Origin: Octopus sinensis
Lineage: Eukaryota
DNA length: 11,586 nucleotides
Reading direction: 5' to 3'
NCBI RefSeq assembly: GCF_006345805.1
Contig: NW_021826965.1
Location: 1 to 11,586 of the forward strand
Shown: in pieces, positions 1 to 7,491 of the stretch
How the letters are laid out: every line of letters begins with the position of its first letter
Numbering within the stretch: the stretch's first letter is position 1
The notes under the pieces: generated by a model
What the model was told of the DNA's origin: nothing
What the model saw: only the letters and a program-made list of their open reading frames with translations
Databases searched by the model: none
Position numbers and translations under genes: made by a program

Positions 1-20
1 TTTGAAGCCGTAATTGTTAA

Positions 21-177
21 GGCAGATGACTAGTAGAATCGTTAGCACACCAGATAGAATGTTTGGTGGCATTTCGTCCATTCTTACGTTCTGAGTTCAA
101 ATCCCGAGGTCAACTTTGCCTTTCATCCTTTCGGGGTCGAAATAATCGACAAGCCCCTCTGTGTGCCTATAATAAAG
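21..177 (+). mobile_element. Decayed tRNA-derived SINE (family 1), internally deleted copy
   Basis: Aligns by eye to the reverse complement of 563-792 (gaatcgttagcac...tacgttctgagttcaaat...gaggtcaactttgcctttcatcctttcggggtcga). B-box-like GTTCAAATC near 87-95; tail cccctctgtgtgcc..aataaag. Lacks 32 bp between the two GGGGTCGA motifs. Confidence 0.9.
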
Positions 178-183
178 TGATTT

Positions 184-197
184 TTATTATCGTTTCT
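184..197. repeat. Left target-site duplication TTATTATCGTTTCT of the SINE trimer
   Basis: Identical 14-mer at 184-197 and 797-810, immediately flanking the trimer. Confidence 0.9.
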
Positions 198-793
198 TAT
201 TTCTTTATGCCCACAAGGGCTAAACACAGAGGGGACAAACAGGGACAGACAAACGAATAAAGTCGATTACATCGACCCCAGTGGGTAACTGCTACCTAAT
301 TTATCGACCCCGAAAGGATGACAGGCAAAGTCGACCTCGGCGGGACTTGAACTCAGAACGTAACGGCAGACGAAATACCTATTTCTTTACTACCCACAAG
401 GGACTAAACACAGAGAGGACAAACAAAAACAGACAAAGGGATTAAGTCGATTATATCGACCCCAGTGCGTAACTGGTACTTAATTTATCGACCCCGAAAG
501 GATGACAGGCAAGTCGACCTCGGCGGGACTTGAACTCAGAACTTAACGGCAGACGAAATACCTATTTCTTTACTACCCACAAGGGCTAAACACAGAGAGG
601 ACAAAGAAGGACAGACAAACGGATTAAGTCGATTACATCGACCACAGTGGGTAACTGGTACTTAATTTATCGACACCGAAAGGATGAAAGGCAAAGTCGA
701 CCTCGGCGGAATTTGAACTCAGAACGTAGCGGCAGACGAAATACCGCTAAGCATTTCGCTCGGCGTGCTAACGGTTCCGCCAGCTCGCCGCCC
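198..793 (-). mobile_element. Tandem SINE trimer (family 1): one full tRNA-headed unit (563-793) followed by two headless ~182-bp units (380-562, 198-379)
   Basis: Three direct repeats are visible. The head has an A-box-like TGGCGGAACCG (772-782, minus) and B-box-like GAGTTCAAATTCC (708-720, minus). The body motif GCCTTTCATCCTTTCGGGGTCGATAAATTAAGTACC resembles, from memory, octopus tRNA-SINEs and the conserved central domains of other metazoan SINEs; the exact family name is not asserted. Confidence 0.92.
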
Positions 794-796
794 TTG

Positions 797-810
797 TTAT
801 TATCGTTTCT
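797..810. repeat. Right target-site duplication TTATTATCGTTTCT of the SINE trimer
   Basis: Exact match to 184-197, separated from the SINE 5' end by 3-4 nt. Confidence 0.9.
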
Positions 811-1048
811 ATGTTTTGTGTTGACTGGACGCCTCTTTTGCAACCGTGGGTCTTCCAGAAAAACAGTTGGAATTACTCTACAAATTGGATGTAATTTTTT
901 GTTTGTTTTGAGTTTTTTTTTTCTTTGTGAACTCTTTACATAAAGAGGTAAGGAATGCTTTCGTGTGTGTGTCTTCTTGGTTCTGAGGTGGCGGAGAAAC
1001 TTTATGCCTTTTACTGTGAATTGTTTACAGTTTAACAAACGTCAACTA

Positions 1049-1135
1049 AGGGCCCGGGAATAGTGGGTGCAGCGAGTGCACCTGCATCCCTTGGAATTTT
1101 CAGGTGGTGCAAGATCAAAATTTGCACCACCCCTA
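1049..1135. mobile_element. Possible terminus of a non-autonomous DNA transposon (GC-rich end with subterminal hairpins)
   Basis: AGGGCCCGGG after TA(A), then an imperfect hairpin GGGTGCAG..CTGCATCCC and a perfect 10-bp stem GGTGGTGCAA (1103-1112)/TTGCACCACC (1122-1131); five TGCA motifs in ~70 bp. Confidence 0.4.
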
Positions 1136-1344
1136 CATAACTTTACCAGTTTCAGAAAATAGTGTCTAAAAAATTATCTGCATGAGATTCTTGAAGCTAG
1201 ATTTCGTTTCAAAGCAAAAACAAAGAACAAAAATAAATAAATAAAAGTGATGAAGCTGGGCTTAAAATTCTCAAGGGAATTTATGACTTACCAAAGTAGC
1301 GTCACAATAAAAAGTAGTAGCAAAGAAGAAGAACAACAACATGA

Positions 1345-1410
1345 CCAGGATCTACGGCAACTCTTCAATACATAGCATTACTTGGATTCTTGAAGACAGC
1401 TCTATTCTGA
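1345..1410 (+). pseudogene. Possible tiny C-terminal remnant of an R4/Dong-like RLE ORF
   Basis: Translates PGSTATLQYIALLGFLKTALF*, resembling the end of the R4-like ORF in this window (IPG..LEEVQKIVLTGTAHVLRRALSL*). Preceded by degenerate GTA/GAA/CAA triplets. Short, so it may be chance. Confidence 0.3.
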
Positions 1411-1839
1411 CAAAAATAACTCCAAAATCTTGCAATGTTGAGAATGTGTGAAGGTTCTTTGTCCTCTCTCTCAGTCTGTCACCTCTCTCAAGTTCCTTTG
1501 TAATTGATGTGTCGCTAAAGACTGACGACATGGTTGAATGGATTCGACTGTTTAACCTTAGCCTAAAAATAAAAGCCCTTTAAAAATTCTTTCAGTCATA
1601 TCGGGTTTTCTCATTTAGGTTGTTAGGTTCAAAGTTTGACAAGGGAACAAAATGATTTATTTTTATCTTTGATATTTAATGCTCATTGTTAAATGCTTTG
1701 ATACTTATTGCTCATTCGAAATACTGGTCCAGTTTAATAAAAAAAAAAGATTTTGAAAGGAAACATTTAACTATAAATGATTGCAGACCAACCCCCGAAA
1801 TTACCTAATTTGCAAAGAAATGCATTCGACAATTTCAGA

Positions 1840-3030
1840 CTAATTTATATAAAAAGGAAATGATATTAAAAGCATTACCTACTGTCATCCTGATGCGGTT
1901 AACCACGAAGATCACTTCAGAGGTGCTTTTTTTTTTGCTCATAAGTCTAACTTTAGCTGAGGCCAGCACACAGGCTAATATGCTTTTAACAGGGGTCTTT
2001 AATTTTGCTAATCTTAGCTGGTCCGAGGATTATATCCAGCCTGGAACCAAGCAATTGATGTGGAGGAATATGAACCCTTTTCTCGATACAACAAAAGACT
2101 TTCCCATACAACAAATTATTACCTGTCCAATTAGGGGAAAATAGCATAAACGACTTTGTTTTTATTCACAATGTTCAGGTCATTCCCACAGCTATTTCCA
2201 ACCAAAGCATTATACAATTATCTGTATATGATACAAAGAAATATCCGACTCGCAGCATAGATTTCTACCCCGAAGATCTTGCCTAACAAATCTTCTTCTT
2301 GAAGAATGGATTACAAGGACCATGGATGAAAAATACTTGGTGGGCGTGGTATTTTTGGACTTCGCAAAGGCGTTTGACTCCGTTAATCACTGACTTCTCT
2401 TGCGCAAACTTCGAGCACTCAAGATTCATCCATTGGTGAATTTGTGGATTTCTTCCTTCCTGAGCTATCGAACCCTTTGGGTGGAGATAAATGGAGATCT
2501 CTCCGCGGAGACGAATGCATGCAGCGGCGTTCCCCAAGGGTCGGTACTGGGGCGAATACTTTTCCTTCTCTATATCAACGACCTGCCAGATTGTCTTGAT
2601 GGAAGAGTTCTCCTATTTGCAGACGACGTCAAACTTGTCTCACCTAAGATCAATACGACATACTCCAATTGTCGCTGAACCGAGCTGGAATTGGGGGCGG
2701 AAGAATGAATCTGAACTTGAACACTTCAAAGCAGCCATTTGCCAATAGGTTCACACTCCAAACTCTCCCTTGACTATTGGCACAAAATCAACATCTTAGA
2801 TGGTTACTGAAGAAAAGGATCTCAGCATAATGATCGATACTACTTTCAAACTACCACGGCAGGTATCGAGGCGGCGAAACAAAGCCAGAAAATCTTTTTC
2901 CTCATTCACCGATCCCTTGCCAACCTTTCAATGGACGGTCTTTTTTTGGCCTCTATATATCACTCTAGTTCGACCCTCCTTGAATATTACATCCATACCT
3001 CACACCCATATCTCCTTGCTAACAGTAAGT
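1840..3030 (+). mobile_element. Decayed CR1-clade LINE ORF2 (APE endonuclease + reverse transcriptase), internally deleted and 3'-truncated
   Basis: EN motifs: YCHPD (YRPP-like, 1880), LLTGVFNF (GDFN-like, 1992-2006), CPIRGK/DFVF/SNQSII (PTRG..LDLVF..SDH-like). RT motifs: SQHRFLPRRSCLTNLL (from 2241), FLDFAKAFDSVNH, SGVPQGSVLG, LYINDLP, FADD (2616-2627), EKDLSIMID, LYITLVRP. In-frame TGA at 2391-2393 and several frameshifts. Confidence 0.92.
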
Positions 3031-3034
3031 TTTT

Positions 3035-3262
3035 ATACATACATACATGCATACATACATACATAAAGACATACATACATACATAATACACACATACACA
3101 CATACATCACACTACATACATACATACTACATACATACATACATACAACATACATACATACTACACCATACATCACACATACAATACATACATACATACA
3201 TACACTACATACATACATACATACACACATACATACATACATACGTACATCCATCATACATA
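3035..3262 (+). repeat. (TACA)n / (CATA)n microsatellite, the expanded internal repeat of the adjacent family-2 SINE
   Basis: Direct reading; sits where the 5418-5812 copy has its short TA/CA spacer. Confidence 0.95.
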
Positions 3263-3276
3263 CATATATATATATA

Positions 3277-3414
3277 ATACAACGGGCTTCTTTCAGTTTC
3301 CGTGTACCAAATCCACTCACAAGGCTTTGGTCAGCCCGAGGCTACAGTAGAACCGCTTGCTCGGAACCATGTCATTCGAAAGCAAGCTACTTACCACACA
3401 TCCACTCCTACGCC
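3277..3414 (-). mobile_element. tRNA/CORE-like SINE (family 2), 5' half only, B-box deleted
   Basis: Matches 5647-5812 (acgggcttctttcagtttccg..caaatccactcacaaggcttt..cactcctacgcc), but ~27 bp between cttgc and ggaacc (B-box plus start of the CORE-like segment) are missing. Confidence 0.9.
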
Positions 3415-3447
3415 TATATATATATATATATAATACTATATATAACA

Positions 3448-3491
<44 letters not shown>

Positions 3492-3650
3492 TATATTACG
3501 TATAAGTGTAAATATTATATTATATATATATGATATATATATATATATATATATCTATATATATAATATATTATATATATCTATTATATATCATATAACA
3601 ATATAATAATATACATACGTAAAATAGATAATATATAATACACACACACA
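3415..3650. repeat. (TA)n-rich low-complexity tract ending in (CA)n
   Basis: Direct reading. Confidence 0.95.
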
Positions 3651-3840
3651 TATGTTAGTAGTTTTTTGAGTAGTCTACTTTGCTGAACGTCAAAAGATTT
3701 TAAAGTTTCAAAATATGCTTAGTTATTATTTCTTATATAATCACGAAGCCACTGAATTATTACAATTGCATGTGAGACGTCATAACTCTGTGAGAAATTC
3801 GGATAGAATTCTATTCTTATATTCTAACGTTACTTAACAG

Positions 3841-3902
3841 CATATTTATTTATCGAGACACCAAGGAAAGTTTAAAAAAAACCATCCCGCCGTGCTATTG
3901 TG
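3841..3902 (+). other. Candidate 62-nt internal exon of an unknown host gene
   Basis: TTCTAAC (3822-3828) and TTAACAG| upstream; TG|GTAAGT downstream (3903-3908). Two frames are open (HIYLSRHQGKFKKNHPAVLL; IFIYRDTKESLKKTIPPCYC). Polypyrimidine tract is weak and no homology is recognised. Confidence 0.25.
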
Positions 3903-3979
3903 GTAAGTGATTAACTGACAACTTAAGAGACAAATAGACACGCACATATTTGCAATCTGCACGCATGCATAGATACATG

Positions 3980-3981
3980 CG

Positions 3982-4016
<35 letters not shown>

Positions 4017-4040
4017 ATATATGTGTGTGTGTGTGTATAT
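3980..4040. repeat. (TA)n/(TG)n microsatellite
   Basis: Direct reading. Confidence 0.95.
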
Positions 4041-4152
4041 ACATACATTAGTGAGCACATTCACGAACACATATGTACTTTCATTGTTATTTTCATATTC
4101 TGTTATTGAATAAAAAAGTATTATTATAGGAATAATTTATAATATATATATT

Positions 4153-4172
4153 TCTATCTATCTATGTATCTA

Positions 4173-4208
<36 letters not shown>

Positions 4209-4212
4209 TCTA
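4153..4212 (+). repeat. (TCTA)n/(TCTG)n tetranucleotide tract, 5' flank of the Tx1-like LINE
   Basis: Direct reading; abuts the truncated LINE at ...TCTA|GGGGAGG. Confidence 0.95.
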
Positions 4213-5282
4213 GGGGAGGTACGACGACGAGCTCGGGGCGAACCTGGACGTCGACGAGGAATACCTGACCCGCCTGTTCGGGTCGACTTTCGGGCCAGGG
4301 CCCATGGACAACTTCCAGAGATCCCTGGCCTGGCAGTGCTACCGAGAAGCGCTACTCGTTCGGGATAAGCTCTACAGACACGGCTCGAGAAACACGGGGC
4401 CGACCTGCCCGAGATGCGGTCAGAGCGACGAAACCGTTCTGCACGCACTCGTTCAGTGTCCAACAATTTCCGACCTGTGGGCTTATGTCGAACAACTGCT
4501 GTCACGTGTGGGACGAGTCGGTTTATCAGCTGAGTCTATCGTTAATATTGTCACGCCTCCTTCCTTCAAACGGGAAGGGAGAGCTATTTTCATCATCCTT
4601 GTGGCTATGGCGAAAGAATGTACTGGTGGACGCGTCTGAAAGGATTGGAGACAAACACTTTCCTCTCTGGTCAACCCTCATCAACTTCTTCAAGTACTAC
4701 TTGAAAAGGAAAAGTGAGAGTAGAGAGGCAAGTTTTGTCTAGCGAACGTTTTAAAAAAAGATGGGTGAATGTAGCAAGGATGGCACGTATGAATGACGAA
4801 GCCACCTTGAGCATAATCCTATGAACCCAGAAATTGAAAACAGAGGGTTACCCACTTGCAAACAAATGTGGTAACATATAACAATATTGACCAAGGTTAT
4901 CGTGGTCTTTTTCGTAGGCTTTTCTTCCCACGGATAAACCTTACTTGCTTTCTCCTTTACACCATACATCATGACACTGTGATACACGATCCCTATTGAT
5001 CGTTTTTTTCCTCTCCCCCATTTTTCCTCTTTTTTCTTCTTTTTCCATTTTTCTTTTCTTTTTTCCCTTTTTTCTTTCTTTTTCTATTCCTTTTTTTTCT
5101 TTTTTTCTTTTTTTTCTTTTCCTTTGTTTGCTTTGTTTTCTTTTTTTTGTTCTTTTTTCCCTTTTACGATCCCTTTTGATCGAAAAAACCTACGCAACCT
5201 TTTTTTTCCTCCCCCAAAAGAAAAAGCTCCTACCTTGTAACTTGTCCCATCTGTGTGCAGCCCTGTGTGGCCAATAAAGAAA
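4213..5282 (+). mobile_element. 5'-truncated L1/Tx1-clade non-LTR retrotransposon (ORF2 C-terminus with zf-RVT-type CCHC finger, 3' UTR, tail)
   Basis: Open frame from 4214: GRYDDELGANLDVDEEYLTRLFG...AWQCYREALLVRDKLYRHG..CPRCGQSDETVLHALVQC (C-x2-C-x8-H-x4-C). It continues across three frameshifts (~4622, ~4675, ~4713) through WWTRLKG..LINFFKYYLKRK..RFKKRWVNV to TGA 4822-4824, then a pyrimidine tract (~5001-5215) and AATAAA (5273-5278). The Tx1 versus other L1-branch assignment is tentative. Confidence 0.88.
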
Positions 5283-5287
5283 CTTAT

Positions 5288-5307
5288 TTATCTATCTATC
5301 TATCTAT

Positions 5308-5340
<33 letters not shown>

Positions 5341-5371
5341 TTCATCTATCTATCTATCTATCTATCTATCT
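5288..5371 (+). repeat. (TCTA)n tract, 3' flank of the Tx1-like LINE
   Basis: Direct reading; same unit and strand as 4153-4212. Confidence 0.95.
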
Positions 5372-5417
5372 CATTAGATATGATTGTATATATGTATACA
5401 CACAAATATATATATAT

Positions 5418-5812
5418 TCATTTACTTGTTTCAATCATTTGACTGCGACCATGCTGGAGCACTGCCTTAAGTCGAAAAAATCGACCCCAGGACTTATTCT
5501 TTGTAAGTCTAGTACTTATTCTATCAGTCTCTTTTGCCAAACTGCTAAGTTACGGGGACATAAACACACCAGCATCGGTTGTCAAGCGATGTTGGGGAAG
5601 GAGGGAAAACACAACACATAAACATACACATATATATATACATATATACGACGGGCTTCTTTCAGTTTCCGTCTACCAAATCCACTCACAAGGCTTTGAT
5701 CGGCTCGAGGCTATAGCAGAAGACACTTGCCAAAGGTGCCACGCAGTGGGACTGAACCAGGAACCATGAGGTTCGTAAGCAAGCTACACTTACCACACAG
5801 CACTCCTACGCC
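5418..5812 (-). mobile_element. Near-complete tRNA/CORE-like SINE (family 2): tRNA head, CORE-like segment, internal TA/TG spacer, 3' half
   Basis: Minus strand: ggcgtaggagtgctgtgtggtaag (A-box region); ggttcagtccc B-box-like (5748-5758); gtggcacctttggcaagtgtctt resembling the MIR/CORE motif gaccttgggcaagt; spacer 5600-5648; 3' half ending gtcaaatgattgaaacaagtaaatga. Both flanks are TA-rich. Confidence 0.9.
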
Positions 5813-5813
5813 A

Positions 5814-5846
<33 letters not shown>

Positions 5847-5847
5847 T
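5813..5847. repeat. (TA)n microsatellite
   Basis: Direct reading. Confidence 0.95.
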
Positions 5848-6170
5848 AATTTAAATGGAGAAGTATTATTACCGTTATAAATGATAATAATAAGGTGGCT
5901 ACCAAGTTTGCACCTTTACAGACAAAATGTAAACTAAATTTAAATTCAGTAGGATATTTAAATACCCCACTGAATCTAAATTTAGCTTATATTATTATCA
6001 TTGATAACGGTAATAATACTTCTTTATTTAAATTTATACTGGCTTACGATAGTTTTGTTTTAAATGTCGCGAGGACGCTTAAAGTAAAGAACGCACACGA
6101 GGTAATGTGATGAATTTTTCATAACTGGACGTTAAAAATGTTATTTTCAACTGACGATCCCAGAGGTGAG

Positions 6171-6175
6171 TAATA

Positions 6176-6232
<57 letters not shown>

Positions 6233-6247
6233 TAATAATAATAATAA
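6171..6247 (+). repeat. (TAA)n tract, 5' flank of R4/Dong-like copy A
   Basis: Direct reading; followed by (GAA)3. Confidence 0.95.
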
Positions 6248-6253
6248 GAAGAA

Positions 6254-7435
6254 GAACTTACGTACACAATCACCACAATCGGACTGTCCAAATGTCTTGA
6301 AACAACCAAGGATTGGATGCTAAAACATGTTGAAAATCATGAAAGACCGAAAAAACATCACTCTATTCTGAAAGAGAGCAAAAAATTCGCTACTGATCTC
6401 TTAGATACCTACCAGATTGATCAGGTTGAAGGAAATGCGCCAACTCCTGCTGCAAAGAAAATAAAATTTATTGCAAAGGCAAAAGCACGTGAAAAATTAG
6501 CTAGCAGATGGGAACAGAATCCTCTGCATTGCAAGTATGTGGTCGTAGCAAACAAGCTGATCTCGACCAGAAACACAGGCATCAATGGTTACGAAGCTCA
6601 GGGCTAAAAGCAGAGAGTGAAGGTATCATATTAGCTGCTCAAGACCAAAGCTTATTAACCCGGAACTACCAAGCCAATGTGATAAAAAATGGAGCTGACT
6701 CAAAATGCCGATTCTGTAACGATGAGATTGAAACAATAGACCACCTAATCTCCGGGTGTAGAGTCTTAGCACCTGTAAAATATAAAGCAAGACATGACAG
6801 AGTTGGCCAGTATTTATACTGGATAATATGTCGGCATTATAAAATCAAAACCGCTGACAAATGGTATAAACACCATCCTGAAGCTGTGACTGAGGGAGAT
6901 AATGTGTCGATTCTATGGGACTTCCCCGTACATACCGACAAGACTATAAAAGCTAATAAACCGGATATTATTATAAAAGATCAGGCAAAAAAGGTGTGTT
7001 TATTAATTGACATGGGTATTCCTTGCGATCACAATATAGCGGCGAAAGAATTTGACAAGATCAGTAAATATAATGACTTGTTAATAGAAATTGAAAAAAA
7101 TTGGCATCTCAAGGCGACTACAATACCAGTGATTATAGGATCTCTAGGATTGATAAAAAAAGGTACTGAAACCTATTTGAAAATGATACCAGGCTTCCTA
7201 GAGGAAGTGCAAAAATCGTGTTAACTGGAACGGCTCATGTACTGAGAAGAGCATTATCGCTGTGAAAACAACATCCATTCATGAATTTATCTATGTATTA
7301 TTTTATTAAATACATATTTTACCTGTGAATCTGCGTGTGTAATCTGGGAATGCATACAATGAGCTTCTCTACCCTAGGTGTATGGAAAACAGTCGGCGAG
7401 AAACGAAAGAAAATTTGAAGAAAGAAGGAAAAAAC

Positions 7436-7437
<2 letters not shown>
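6254..7437 (+). mobile_element. 5'-truncated R4/Dong-clade RLE non-LTR retrotransposon, copy A
   Basis: LKAESEGIILAAQDQSLLTRNY; CRFCNDEIETIDHLISGC (CCHC); RHD; WDFPVHTD; NKPDIII..LLID..KISKY (PD-(D/E)xK restriction-like endonuclease); IPVIIGSLG. Frameshifts at ~6544 and 7211-7215; natural stop likely TGA 7263-7265; 3' UTR to 7437. Dong elements are established (TAA)n-targeting R4-clade members. Confidence 0.92.

Positions 7438-7490
<53 letters not shown>
7436..7490 (+). repeat. (AAT)18 perfect tract between R4/Dong copies
   Basis: Direct reading. Confidence 0.97.

Positions 7491-7491
<1 letters not shown>

Noticed and set aside
198-793. Regularly spaced repeats with hairpins, superficially CRISPR-like
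   Set aside because: Units are ~182-bp full duplications without unique spacers, have Pol III boxes and a TSD, and the context is eukaryotic with no cas genes.
700-793. tRNA gene
   Set aside because: A- and B-box-like motifs are present, but the spacing and stems do not give a canonical cloverleaf and it continues into a SINE body.
858-955. Possible small exons near ttccag| and ag|gtaagg
   Set aside because: Signals do not pair into a clearly supported open exon.
1261-1296. LKILKGIYDLPK resembling the CR1 ORF2 C-terminal motif
   Set aside because: Only ~11 codons, no flanking similarity, and it lies upstream of the CR1 remnant; cannot be distinguished from chance.
3033-3320. MYVC/HTYI repeat ORFs
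   Set aside because: Translations of the (TACA)n microsatellite.
3803-3814. 12-bp palindrome ATAGAATTCTAT (and the 7-bp stem at 932-947)
   Set aside because: Short AT-rich palindromes are expected by chance in 11.6 kb of this composition.
4996-5277. Hydrophobic Phe-rich 93-aa ORF
   Set aside because: Translation of the LINE 3' UTR polypyrimidine tract.
6053-6171. Strong donor-like GAG|GTGAGT at 6166 and GAG|GTAATG at 6102
   Set aside because: No convincing acceptor giving an open exon to 6165; isolated donor motifs are expected by chance.
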